Assembly (NCBI GenBank): GCA_009103225.1
Contig: RHPI01000797.1
Coordinates: 1,126,457-1,190,456 of the forward strand
DNA: 64,000 nt
From: Chlorokybus atmophyticus
Taxonomy: Eukaryota > Plantae > Mesostigma and Chlorokybus algae
Direction of reading: 5' to 3'
The notes under the pieces are model-generated. The model was not told the DNA's origin. It was given only the letters and a program-made list of their open reading frames with translations, and searched no databases. Within the stretch, counting starts at the first letter, position 1. Each line of letters opens with the position of its first letter. This document shows positions 1 to 12,900 of the stretch, piece after piece. A program made the position numbers and the translations under genes.

Positions 1-1403
1 ATAAAAAATAGATATGACATGGTTAACATGCATTCATATTTGTTGTTGAGTTGCCTTGCATACACTGCTTGCCCCGTTCGTGCGTTGATGTGTGAATGTC
101 CAAGGGTTTATTGCTGTTCAGTTTGCACTACGCAACCGGATAAACAATATTGGTCCACATTAGCCACTTAGCACACTTTCACATCCGTACCAAAAAATTG
201 AATCAAAAAGAGTGACTTTAGCAGCCATGTGGGTGTGCCATACCATGTGGGTATACATATACATATATATCAAGTGTGCTCGCATAAGTAGACGCCGCTT
301 TAGAGGCATGAAAACATATAAGCGTAGCCTGCAGCAGATGACCTGCAGCGCAAGTAGAGGTTGTCGCAAACTTCAGTCGCTCAAGCTATGATGCTCAATC
401 TGCTCTCATAAGTGCAATGTCTCATGTGTGCATGCTAAGTACATGTAAAAATAACAATTGTATGTTTGCACCATGTGACATCATCTTTCATTATTGCATG
501 CGTTATTGCACATATTGATGAGCATATATACAATGACGTGGAAACATTACACAACTACTCAGTGATATGCGATCACGCTTTGTATTTATCAGGTCGTGGA
601 TCAATTGATAAATGATGGTAATGCAGATACAGAATCTTGTGCAATAGGCTTATATGTGATCTCGTCGATTTATTAGGTTGTGGAGCAATTGATAAGTGAT
701 AATGTAAATACATAATCTTGTTAAAAAGGCTTTGCCGGTGTACCACCATTCACAATGCGTTGATCTCAACATATGCCTTGTATGCTGATTAACGATGCGA
801 GCAATCTTCAAAAAGTATGTTCATCTGTTGTCAACTTGTTTCATGCACCATAAAGACTACGCTAGCACATTTCGTGCACGCAGGCACAAGACTTCGACCC
901 GGTAAGTGTAGACTTGTATACTGATTCATGTAGAGTATGAGTATATACCACTTACTATGGAGTGAGTATTTGTTGGGACGGCTGCTTAGTGAAAAGTTAT
1001 TGGATCATGCCATGCATAAGAAGTTCTTATGCATGGCATGATGCAAGCATCTGCAGACGCATCAGCCACAGATGCATGACGTAGTCGCTAGCAATTAAAC
1101 GAACCACTGCTACAAGCAATGACACATTACATTTGGTCAGTTCCCAGTCTTGTGGACTAGACCTGTCACAACGTTCTGTTACTCCATTGGCACAGCACAT
1201 GATCTGCGAACAGAAACACTTTTTCTGGACAACTGCAACACCAACCTCGCCAGCCTGGCTCGTATTCAGTGAGAATTGCAATTGGCCAAAAACTACCGGA
1301 AATTGCAGCTACCGGTACTTGCGCTCTACTGAGAATCAAAAGCATGGACAGAATTGAAAATTGATAATGAGTCTCGCAACGCTAAAGCTAATAGCCACGC
1401 TAT

Positions 1404-4400
1404 TTAAGCCGCGTCTTCCTTCTGCTGCACTGCAGGGTAGCGCTGTTGGACGTCCTCCCAGGTGATTGTGGCATCACTCATCTGCCTGATGAGCGCGGCA
1501 ACATCCTTGACAGGGACTCGTATCTGGCTCGTGGAGTCGCGCTCGCGCACCGTCACAGTGTCATCCTCAAGACTCTGGAAGTCGATCGTGACGGCAAAAG
1601 GGACACCAATCTCGTCTGTCCTGGCATAGCGCTTGCCAATGGTGGTGCCAGTGCTGTCGCTCTTGCTGGAAAGGCCTGCTGCTGTGAGGGCAGCTTCAAC
1701 TCGCCGCGAGTATGCGTCAAAGCGCGGTTCTTGCACAAGCGGGAAGATCGTGCACTTGATTGGCGCAACGACTGGCTGCAACCGAAACACCGTTCGCTGC
1801 TCGTCGCCTTCACGGGTGTAGAACGAGTGCTCGTACAGGCAGTAGATGATGCGCCCAATGCCAAATGAGGGTTCGATGACAGAAGGCGTGAACGTCCGCC
1901 CTTGCTGCGTCTCCTTCTTCTTCTCGATGCGCACCATGTCCTTTTGCAGGGTAAATGACTGTAACAACGCGAAGCACATATATAGTCACTTGCAGTGGTG
2001 ATGAGCAAACAATATGCAGGCCAGCCCTAGAGATCAAGCCAAGGTCACTGAACAACATACCTGCCCAGTTGTGCAAACAGTGTAGTCTGAAGAGCCAGTT
2101 TCTTCAAGTTTGCTCTTCAGCCCAAGTGCCTCTTCCTCAGACATGGCCTGTCATAGCACAGTAGCCAGTCAGCAATGGTTGCCGAGTGTGGCGCCTACTG
2201 ACACATTAACTGACAATTGGCTGACAGAAGTCATGAGCCTGCCAATGGTCACCACGAGTTTACCTCTAGTGATTCAGCCAAGACTTTCGCGTCTTTCTTA
2301 AAAATCTTACCAAGCTCCTTCTTGTCTGGCAGTATTGACAGAACCTAAGCAGCCAAGTCAGTGATGGCGTGCAACCTGTTTGGTTGTGTCAGATAAATGT
2401 AAGTATTACTTGAGCAGGCTTGCATATGAGACAGATTTTACTGTACCTCAACTTCCTTGGGTGTAGAGTACTTCTCAAATGCGACTAGCGCAGTACCGCT
2501 CATATCCTACGCTCACAAGCCATGATTAAGGCCTGCAAACGATTAACATGCTGAAGAGACACAGGGTTTCCCAGTAGCTCCTGCCATTACCGTGTGTGCC
2601 TTCAAGTCGTATGCCGAGCGATCCGCAAGCCCGACGCATTCCACCCAACCGTAAGTGCATTCAATCTCCGCATCCCAGCAGTCTTCTGCATAATGCGCCA
2701 TCTCGTGCTGCAAGTGTTGCCTGAACCGCAGTCGTTTGCTGTCAATGCCAATCTTTGTCAAAAACAGGTATGTTCGCCCGATGAAGTAGCCCAGAGTTTG
2801 GTTGGCAATCACGCCCTGCAAAAACAGGGCAGCCACAGTGAGCGCTGCACTAGACTTACACGAATGCAGCAAGTAGATGTATCCAAAGATGCAAATGCCA
2901 AACATCAGTAAACAACGGTGCAATGTTGCAATGCTAAAGCAGCTGACAGCTGCAGACATGTTCGATTCAGGATTGCTGCTGTTATATTTGATGGTTTGCA
3001 CCATGCGCAAAGCATACATCATGTGCATCTGGACAGCTGTACACTTAACAAGGTCCCGCTGCAAAGGGGTTACATACCTTGCCTACGGCTTCACCCAGGT
3101 TCATCACGACAGGCCGCTTGGGACCCAACTGCTCAGCCCGTGGGTACAGCAAGAAGGAGAGCGGAGCGACTGTGTCAAACTTGGGATGATCCTTGTTGTC
3201 CGGGTTGACAAAATGCTCAATTTCTGCCAGCGTGAACTCGCGAACTCGCAGCAAGCCTTGCCGAGGTGAAATCTGTGCGCCAAATGTGATAAGCTGTAGG
3301 CCCTTGGCAGCACTGAACTGACACAACTTCAGGCTCCAGTGAGCTGTAAGACCTTGGTAACACCTACCTCATTGCGGTATGCCTGCCCGATCTGAGCTGC
3401 AGCAAACGGTAGTTTGCCACCGTTGTAGTACAACAAATCTCTGAAGTTTACAAAGATGCCCTGCGCTGTCTCTGGTCGCATGAACCTGCAGAATGTGATG
3501 CACGCTTTGCGCATGAACTTGTGCATACACCACGAGCATATTGCCACTGATCTCCGTCAGTTACATGACATTTACACTCCAGGCATACCCTCTGAACTGG
3601 CCTGTAGGGCCAATAGACGTTGCAAACATGAGATTAAATGGGAACGGCTCTGTGAGGTCATTCTTGGTGTCCGGCGCCTTAACGCCATACTTCTTCAAGC
3701 GCGTCCCAAGCTCCTCAGCGGTGAACTCATCGACGCGTGCCAGGTCAAGGCCGTACTCGTCTTTCTTCTCTGCCGACAGTCCAGGCTCGGCAAGAAGCTT
3801 TTCCACCACGTCCTTCAACAGATGGTCAGCCCTGTGTGATAGGAACGTTGATACAAGCATGAAAGTGCTTCACTGTCTTAAAACGCGCATACATGTGACA
3901 GCGCAGCACAGTGCAGTACTGTTGTTGCAGTAGACACACAACATTGTGTAATTGGGACACTATCCACTAGCAGTTTGTTACCACATAGATGCAATGTCAT
4001 GAGCAGTGTGGTACCACAATGTCATAAGCATAACGACGTGTGCGGACACTGCGCTGTGGCCTCACCGGAAACAGTTGTGGTTGACGACATCCTTGACCAT
4101 AAGGTCAGTGAATTTGTCAACATGCCCAGACGCTTTGAGAACAACCTCTGGGGTTACGCATGGGCACTCCACCTCAAGCATGTTCTCCTCAAGCACATAG
4201 TGCTGCCTCCACAGTGCTAGCACATTGGACTTGACTGCGCAGCCTGGTGGGCCGTAATCATACAACCCCGCAACACTGCCGTAAATCTTAAAGGCAGGGA
4301 TGTAGAACAGCCGCCTTTCCAAGGCATTTGCAACCTGCGTACCGCTGCTCAACATGCATGCATTGCAGTTCCTTAATGTAGTCTTTGTACATCATACACA

Positions 4401-5467
4401 ATGCAGTCTTTATACATCATGTAACAAACCTGTGGCAAACCATGCATTGCTTCATGCATGCAATACACCGCCACAATCAAATATTTGCTTTCATGCAGCA
4501 AACCTTCATGTCATGTCATCAACAAGGTAAACACCATCGAACATAATAGACAATTACGAGGTGGGAATGTGCTGACGTATTGTGTACAAAGGTTTATGTG
4601 TGTGGAGTAAGTTCTGAAAAGACACGCACGCACAAACACCACATTTCACCGCTGCTCACAATACCTGTTGCCTGAGTGCTTCCCTACTTGCTGCCTTGGC
4701 TGCACCGCTGGGTCGCGCAGCATCAAGGCGCTTCGTGATCTCCTCCAAACCCAGCTTCATCACTCTTAGTTGCTCAATTGCAGCGGCAACCTGCACAGAT
4801 TACAGTAGCGCATGTCGTTCAACCAACCATCACACTGCCAAGATGACCACAACGCGCCACGCTAGTAAGCTGCATGGTGTCTATCGCAACCAGCCCTGAG
4901 AGAATGTGACATGAATAGACTGTAAGGCTTGCATGACAAACAGACATCCAACAGAACATGTGTCTGAGCGTGCAACAGCTACATGGTTGAAAATCAACCA
5001 TCCGCATTTAGAATGAAGCATTCCGCAAGGCACTGGCCTCAATCAATCATGCTTTCAACAGTTCACACAACCAAACCACATAAGCGCGTGTTTAAGAAGA
5101 AGTTCAATGTTCCCAGCATGCTCTAGCTACCTTCACTCACTTACACAGGGCAGCCTGTGTAAGTGAGTGAGAGTAAGAGTGCGTGAAGGTAGCTAGCATG
5201 CTGTGGAGTGTTTGCACAACGAAGTGCAATGCTGCTAGCGATTGAAATATATCGCTGGCATGCTTGTCCTCCACAACAGGCAGCTGCTAGTGACATGCGG
5301 CATGCTTCAACACACAAGAAGCAGCCAATGACTCCCACACTTACCTCCTCCTTGTCAGCCTTCTTGGCCTTGAGGGCCCTTACGGTGTCGCCCTGCGTCG
5401 TCACCGCCGCCTGCGACTTGGCGACTTCAGCCTCTAGCGCCGCAACGTCAACGCCATTCTCTGCCAT
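1404..5467 (-). CDS. GARS: Eukaryotic-type (alpha2) glycyl-tRNA synthetase with N-terminal WHEP domain, 11 exons
   Basis: Hand-spliced GT-AG exons 5467-5345, 4790-4665, 4334-4066, 3831-3589, 3485-3368, 3272-3078, 2815-2591, 2506-2447, 2344-2264, 2147-2061, 1958-1404 give one continuous frame. Motifs: [61 protein letters not shown], anticodon-binding [14 protein letters not shown]. Ends TAA. Confidence 0.97.
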
Positions 5468-5699
5468 GATGACGAGAACCAAGACCTTCCAGGACAGTCC
5501 GCTACTGTCCGCCCTCACCTAGACCACCCCACCAACAACACCTCCGCCGCCGCTTGCTGACAAACGCACGGCACTTTTGTGTCGCTTTTGGCTGCTCAGC
5601 GGCGCTGATATCGGCAGAAGAAATCCGATTCCATACCTTTCTCGGCGCTTGGAACAGGTTGATGACACGATATCCGCAACGTTGAAAGAATATCGACAT

Positions 5700-5846
5700 G
5701 AAGAGGCACAAGCAATCCACTAACTTTTACCACAGCGGCGGCAGTAAAGCTACTGGACTGCCAGACGCTTGCCGCAGGAAGGGGATGAAAAGGAGGGGAC
5801 GGAGGTGGAGGCATGCGTAGGTGACGGTGTTCAGGGGGGACGTTAC
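5700..5846. promoter_or_regulatory. Putative bidirectional promoter between GlyRS and PAC-like gene
   Basis: Divergent ATGs at 5699 (or 5467) on the minus strand and 5847 on the plus strand. Inferred from gene orientation only. Confidence 0.5.
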
Positions 5847-7746
5847 ATGGCTTGCTGGCATGCGTCGAGTCGGGCTGCGCTGCTACTTCCGACAGCGGTA
5901 ATGCGATGTCTGCATGTTGTTGTTGATGGTGGTGGTGGTGCGGTTATCATTGCATGCAGAACAGATGTGAGTCCAGTGGTTGCTGGTTTGCACGCTCCTG
6001 CGGCGCTTTGTAAAGCTACTGTGCCTACGTACTTTGAGCTTATAGGCGCAACTTATCTATATGCAGATTCGACATAGTCGGGTGTTGACCAACATTTGTC
6101 GTAATCCTAGGTTGCCTGTAGACACTGCACGTACTGCACCCTGCACACCACTTGCCTCGCTTATGACTTGCTCACTGTGTTAGTTTTTCGCAAAATATGC
6201 AACTGATTTGGTGGTCATTGTGGACCTACGCCTGTTATTGTAATAGTTGTGTGAGTTATGGACCCTTTGTGCTTGTTGATATATATTAGTGTTTGCTAGA
6301 AAACTGTTTCAGCAGGGCTGATTGCTAAGCAACGAGCAGCGGTTAAACATAAGTTGCTTACCAGTTGACATTGTCTCTGTTGGTTGCTTTCCCAGACGCC
6401 TTTGAAGGCCCTACGCAGCAGAGCATTGCCTGCGGCGTTAACCGTCAAACAGCCCCTGTTGAGGTCATGCACGTCGCACTGCGCAAGAACTGCAACCTTT
6501 GCTTCATCAGCAACTCCTGGAAGAGAGCAAGTGGGGGTGGCCTGTACACTTTGCTGAACCCTATGCATCACAGCATCACAAAGCTGAATGAGGAAACCAT
6601 GCCACATGCTCAATGGACAAAGGTTGATCTTTGCAGGTTTCTTCAGATTCACTGCAAGAAGCTCAACATGTGCTGAGTCGCATCATTCGCGCTGGCCAGG
6701 ATGTAGAGAAGGTGTGCGCTTTCAAACGCTGTGCTGAATCTGTGTTCTGCGTGCTAATATCTGGCTCGCTGCAGGTTATCAGGCACTTGTCACGCAAGGG
6801 CAAGATAGATGAGGTGCTCATGCGAGTATTGGACGGTCGCTTGCAGCTTGCCAAAGAAGAGGTGTGCACGCATGTAGTATCAGTGTATGTGGCAACACCG
6901 GTTGCGTGCTGCATTTCCCACTTCTGATGTGTACTGCTTCTCTTTGCAGGATGAAACTGAGGTTGCTGAGGGGTTAGAGCTGTTGCGTGCTCGCTTAATG
7001 GTAAGTTGTTAAGCAGCTTCGGGCGTTGAGAGCAAGCAGTGCTTTTGCATGCCATCCGTCAGTGCGATATGATGTCATGCCATGATGTCTTGAACAACAG
7101 AACGAGTTGCAACGGCGTGCTGCAAGACCTGGCTTGCGCCTGCTGGATGAGCTGATGCATATGGATGACGAAGCCTCGGCTAGCGTGGAGGTGAAGGCGG
7201 TGCATGTACATCTGTATCGGTTGGTCTTATTGCATTAGCTCCAAGTTCTTAGTACTATAGTTGCGACAAGGTCATCTCCTATGTTGACAGGCTGACAATG
7301 GCAGGCTAGGAACCGGAAAATTATGGATCGCATGCTCAAGGCATTTGGGATGCAGAGCAGAGGCGTGGACATTTTTGGCATGAGTTCTTCAATAGCACAG
7401 GTAGCCAGTGCTGGTTGAGTTTGCCCCTACTTGCACTTTCGAGTTGTTTGTAAGACCTGATGTAACAGTCTGCATCATACTCAAGTTTTCTGGCATTGAG
7501 ATATGAAACCTTTCGTAGGGCAAAGAGGTGGGCGGAAAGGCTGAACAGGTGACAAGAGAGGAGTTTGTTGATGCGGTGGATGAGTTGCTGGAGGAAGTTA
7601 GTGGCTTTGAGGCGGAGTTAGCGAAATCAGTTGCTGGCAACGGTAGGAGCTTCTCCGATGTTGATGTAGAGGCACGCCGCAGCATCGTCAACAGAGTGCA
7701 AGAGTTCAAGAGCATCGCGTCTTCCCTTGATGAGTCAATGGTCTGA
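5847..7746 (+). CDS. PAC: PALE CRESS (PAC)-like plastid protein, 8 exons, with transit-peptide-like N-terminus
   Basis: Exons 5847-5897, 6396-6530, 6637-6711, 6775-6861, 6950-7000, 7101-7190, 7305-7400, 7519-7746 are all phase 0 and GT-AG. SLQEAQHVLSRIIRAGQDVEKVIRHLSRKGKIDEVLMRVLDGRLQLAKEEDETEVAEGLELLRARLMNELQRRAARPGLRLLDELMHM aligns by eye with Arabidopsis PAC (recalled: DLRKARKLVSSFIRAAEEVEERIEEAAEKGELDELVLMIIWNRLDLARRDDEKDAIRSLDLLYRRVETEILKRQASPAMKLLNDLLNM). C-terminal TREEFVDAVDELLEEV resembles LRVDFVREVDALLQEV. Confidence 0.8.
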
Positions 7747-7789
7747 CTACACCGTCAACCTGTGAGATCATCATGCCGCTTGCACTGCC

Positions 7790-9280
7790 GTGTGGCTGTT
7801 AACGTTGCGTAATTTTGGTTGATTGCAAAGCTATTGTTGCTTGTGGCCCATGTGGTAAGATGCTCGCCAGCCATTATCCACGTGCACGTCATACTTGGCC
7901 CATTCTCTTCCAGCGCGTATAAGTACTTGCACTTCGCATCAGACGTAAGTGCAAGCGCATGCTTGCACTAGCTTGCATACTTGATGCGCAACAAAGTAAT
8001 TGAGCCTTGCAAGAGTTTGTGGGCCGGAGGTACAATGCACTTATCCTTGCAATCATGACTCCCGATTTCAAATGTCAATGTAGGCATTGCTATCAATGAG
8101 TGATGTCATGCACCCAAAGCTATATACCAACGATATACCATTACATACCCCTATAACTCACTAGGTATGACTAACAACGTTCATGTTTAACATCCTAAAA
8201 GTGATAATTGTGCATAAGTTACGAGTGGTACAAGCATTATATATATGTTTTTTGATAAATCATGATGATTGGTTATTAAGGCTATGCTGCAAAACATGCG
8301 ACTTGTTTTGCATTAAAACAGAGATGCAGTAATCAACCCCTTTTTGCAGTAGTGAAATAGCTCGTGCTTTATACTTTCATTAACATCAAGCTTTTTTTAT
8401 ACAGCTTTCAATAATCTGCATAATATACAATAGTATGTTGCTTTTTATGTAATACAACAATGCACAATCTTTGCCTGCGCCGCACATCTTTGGCCTGTGC
8501 GTGCCATGGATGGATGCAATTTGCATCCATCATTGATCAAGCATCATGCAAATAAACACAGTGTGGCTCCATTTTTGGTTGATTGCAAAGCTATTGTTGC
8601 TTGTGGCCCATGTGATAAGATGCTCGCCAGCCATTATCAACGTGCACGTCATACTTGGCCCATTCTCTCCCAGTGCTTACAAGTACTTGCACGAGCTTGC
8701 ATACTTGATGCGCAACAATGTAATGAATCCTTGCAAGAGTTTGTGGTCCGGAGGTACAATGCATTTATCCTTGCGATCATGACTGCGGTTTTGCTTCACA
8801 TGTGAATGTGGGCATTGCTATCAGTGAGTGATGTAATGCACTCCAAGCTATATACCAACGATATGACCCATTACATACCGGTATAAGTCAATAGGTATGA
8901 CTACCAACATTTATGGTCAGCATCCTTGATGTGATGATTGTGCGTAAGTTACAAGTGGTACAAGCAGTATATGTACGTTATTGTAAATCATGATGATTGG
9001 TCATGGAGGCTATGCTGCAAAACATGCGACTTGTCTTGCATTAAGACTGATGGATGCATTAGTCAACTTCGATCTTGCTGTAATGAAATAGATCCTGCTA
9101 TACTTTGGTTAACATCAAGCTTGCTTCAAACAGCTTAAAGAATTTGTAATATAATGATACCAATGTATGTTGCGTTTTTTCTGTAATTCAACAATGCACA
9201 ATCTTTGCCTGTGCCGCACATCTTTGGCCTGTGCGTGCCATTGATGGATGCAATTGCATCCATCATTGATCGCATCATGC
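7790..9280. repeat. Diverged direct tandem duplication, period ~760 bp, AT-rich
   Basis: tttggttgattgcaaagctattgttgcttgtggcccatgtg occurs near 7813 and 8573. tgcacaatctttgcctg...ggatgcaat occurs near 8461 and 9196. Confidence 0.9.
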
Positions 9281-9984
9281 AAAGTAAGCACAAGAGATAT
9301 CTGGAAGCTTTGCGTTGATACGCTAACTATATGCCAGATGAATAGACCAGCGACGCGGCTCACCCACAATCATCGCTAGTAAGTGGACAACGGACCGCGG
9401 TGACGTCGCCTTGGAAAACGCCCCCAAAGTACGTGCTGACGTCATCTTTACCAGCCACCGTGGCGCAAATGCCCTTTTTACGTCGTTTTATATCAAAGAG
9501 GAAAGAGGAAAGGGCACTTTGTCATTGTGTGCCTACCGTTGGTCCGCAGTGGGAACTCCCCAACCTTTAACCCCTGCTTTGTAACTCAAAGCAGGGGTTC
9601 GACCACACATCATGAAGCTGCCTTAAAAGTGAAGCCCGGCAAAAAAGACGACACATGCAATCTTCCTTCAAACAGGTCAGAGATTCCCCGAGGTTCAGAT
9701 CTTACGTTGAACCTTGTGAAGCGGTTGCTGGCACTGCTGAACGTAGGCAAGCAAAATGACAGGCAGAGCTGCTGGCAGCAGCATTGCATGCAACTTCGGT
9801 CTATCCAATGCCCATGCTCTTCAATGCTCTGCATTGCTGAAGGCAGCTACCGTGCTTTATGAAGGCGAGAATCCTCAGCTTGTGCTCGTTTTGGGCGAGG
9901 GTTGCGTAGCTTCGGCACAGACGACGTGCATTGGCATTGGCATTGGTGTTGGTGACATTGGCGTTAGTGTTGGCATTGGGCAGC

Positions 9985-12900
9985 ATGGCAATGGCGATGG
10001 CGACGGCGACGGCGGCGGTGGGGGCGGGATTGGGGTTGGCCGTGTGCCCGTCTGCTGCCTTGCTGTCTGCAAGGGGGGCGCCCCGCAGGCCGCAGGCGGC
10101 ATGGTTGGGGGGCGAGAGTTTGGGGAGGAGGGCTGGGTTGTTGAACCGCAGCCGCAGGGCGGAGCTGCGGCCCCTGAGGCTGGCAACCCGCCCGCTGGTG
10201 GTGGCCCAGGCGGTGGCTGAGGCTGCTCCGCCGCCTCCTGCTGAGAAGGTGTCCAGGCAGAACTGGAACCTCAGGGAGCTCATCCGCACCCCCGGAGGAG
10301 AGGAGGCCGCCGCGGAAGGCCCCGCTGACCACAAGGCCGGTACCCTCATTGAGCGCTGGTCAAAGGAGCCCACCGTCGGCGATGGCAAGCGCCGTCTGAA
10401 GCGCATTCACCAGCTCGGTGGCGACGGCCAGCTGCTGGTGGAGCTGACCACCTTTGAGGGTGAGTTGCTTGCTGCTTGCCCTGACACGCAATGTGGCAAA
10501 TTAGAGCAATGCTGCATTGTAGTGCCATGCACTTGCGGTCAGTTATTGCAAAACGTATTCCAGCATTTGCATGCTTGCGCACGGCGCTGGCCTGCCAACA
10601 ATAGCTGCTCTGATCTTTCGTGTAGCTTTGCTTGCCAAGTTGACGTTGCGCAGCAGCAGCCAAGGGAACATCGGTGAACATTGCTTACGTTGGATACATT
10701 GGTCATTGCATATTGCAATGACGTTGTTGACCAAATTTGTATGCAAACTTCTGGTCTCAAGGTGCTTACATGCACGCTAGGGTAGGGCAGTCATCCCCAA
10801 ACCACTTTATGTTGCAAGCGATTGGAGTTTCTTACACATGCAATGTGTCTTAATGCACTCATGGCTTTGCCTCCCTGCAAATTCAGGACATGCAGTGCAC
10901 AATACTCTTTGACAGTGTGCATTGCACTATGTTTGCACAAAAGCATGCACAAGTGGCACAATGCCACTTGTACAGCATTTGAGGCTGGCGCATGTCATTT
11001 GCATATTGCATTGTTGCAACTACTAACGGCTGCGGCTTTGTTGTGCAGAGGATGACCCTGAAGCCACAACCAGCAAGCGCAAGGTATGCTGTCACGTGAT
11101 GTGTTATTGGCCAGGCTGCCAAAAGACAGTACTGCCATTACAAACAACTAGCACAGCGGCATTAACCTCAGGCCGCAACATGCTCTTGTCTTGACGTTGT
11201 ACTGCTGCAGGTTGTCAAGCGCCGCCAAGTGGTGTTGACATCAGATGCTGCCGCCCCGCTTGTGTTGCATTGGGGTGTTGCACGCGATGAGCCCGGTCAG
11301 TGGGTGCGGCCTCCAACTTCAATACGCCCGGACAACACAACACTCATTGGTGAATCTGCCGAAACGCCTTTCAGCACGGTAGAGGGCTGCTTTGAGGGCA
11401 GCAATGACTGCGTTGTTCTCCAGCGCATCATCATCAACATGGAAGAAGACTGCGTGGGCGCCCTTATGGGTAAGCTGCTCACAACTGCAAATGGCAGGCA
11501 GCAACAAGTTACATACAAAAGTTAAATGTTCGTGCACCAATGCTCTTTGCAGGCATGCAGTTTGTTGTTCGCAAAGCGGACAACAGCTTCTGGTTTAAGG
11601 ATGAAAAGAATGGCTGGTCGAACTTCCACCTCATGTTCGGCACGAAAGAGTCAGAAGAGGCCGCTTCAGATCAGCTGACGGACACTATCATTCGTGCTGA
11701 AACCACTGGACAGTGGTGGACGCTCATGCACCGGTACAACCTGGCCAATGGTCTGGTGGACACAGCAGTTTCATCTAAGAATCCTCCTGCAGATCTCGCC
11801 AAGATCTTCGTATGGCTTCGTTACAGGTGAAGCTTTACAACTGCAGCAATATGCAAACACAAGTACACAACAACCCAGCTTACTCCTTGCCCATTGCAGT
11901 GCACAACGCAAGTTGACATGGCAGCGGAACTACAATGTAAAGCCCAGGGAGCTCAGTGCCGCCCAGAATGATCTGACCTTCAAGTTCACAAAGGTATTTT
12001 GCAAAATATGTTGGCATCCATGCACATAGTCCTTTGGTTGAAGGCGGTTTTGTTCTTAATGGGCGGAATGTGCATGCAGTGTCAAGCAGATGCACTGTCA
12101 AGGTTTTCTCATTGTTCATTGTGTTTTTCTTTTTGGCGGGGGGGGGGAGGAGNNNNNNNNNNNNNNNNNNNNNNNNNNNNNNNNNNNNNNNNNNNNNNNN
12201 NNNNNNNNNNNNNNNNNNNNNNNNNNNNNNNNNNNNNNNNNNNNNNNNNNNNNNNNNNNNNNNNNNNNNNNNNNNNNNNNNNNNNNNNNNNNNNNNNNNN
12301 NNNNNNNNNNNNNNNNNNNNNNNNNNNNNNNNNNNNNNNNNNNNNNNNGGGGGGAGATGTGGACAATGACAGTGCATACTTTGTATGTAGGTCTTCATTG
12401 AGCACCCTAAGTTCCGCGATCATGCTCGCATGACGCTGAGTACGATTGGACGTGGAGGACAAGGTGGTGATGGCCAGGCAATTCGTGATGAGATCTTGAA
12501 CATCATGCATCGCAATGACATCAAGGTCAGTTGGACGCAGTGCTTGAACAGCAGAGCCTTGAGTTGTGCCACAGGCAAGGCTTGCAATTTCTACATGAGC
12601 ATGCCTTTTGTTATTTGCAGCAGCATGTTGCCTGACATGTTCGGCTCACAGGAGGACAAGGGCCTCTTCCTTGAGCAGTGGCATCAGAAGCTGCACAACA
12701 ACACTACTCCCGATGATATCATCATCTGCGAGGCTTATCTGGAGTTCTTGCGCTCTGACTTCAATGTGGCAAAGTTTTACGAGGTCTTGGAGTCACAAGG
12801 CATCACACGTGAGGTGTGTAGTAGTGCTCTGTGCACGTACAAAAGTCGTGATGTTTTTAGAGCACCTTATGACACCAAATCATGAATACGTGCAGAGATT

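Noticed and set aside
1997-2050. C/D-box snoRNA-like TGATGA...CTGA in a GlyRS intron
   Set aside because: It is on the strand opposite to the host transcript, with no terminal stem or recognisable guide.
8100-8900. Ulp1-protease-like peptide (LIPVCNGSYRWYIAW) on the minus strand of the 760-bp duplication
   Set aside because: The catalytic His/Cys motifs are absent and the frames are full of stops. Too weak to call.
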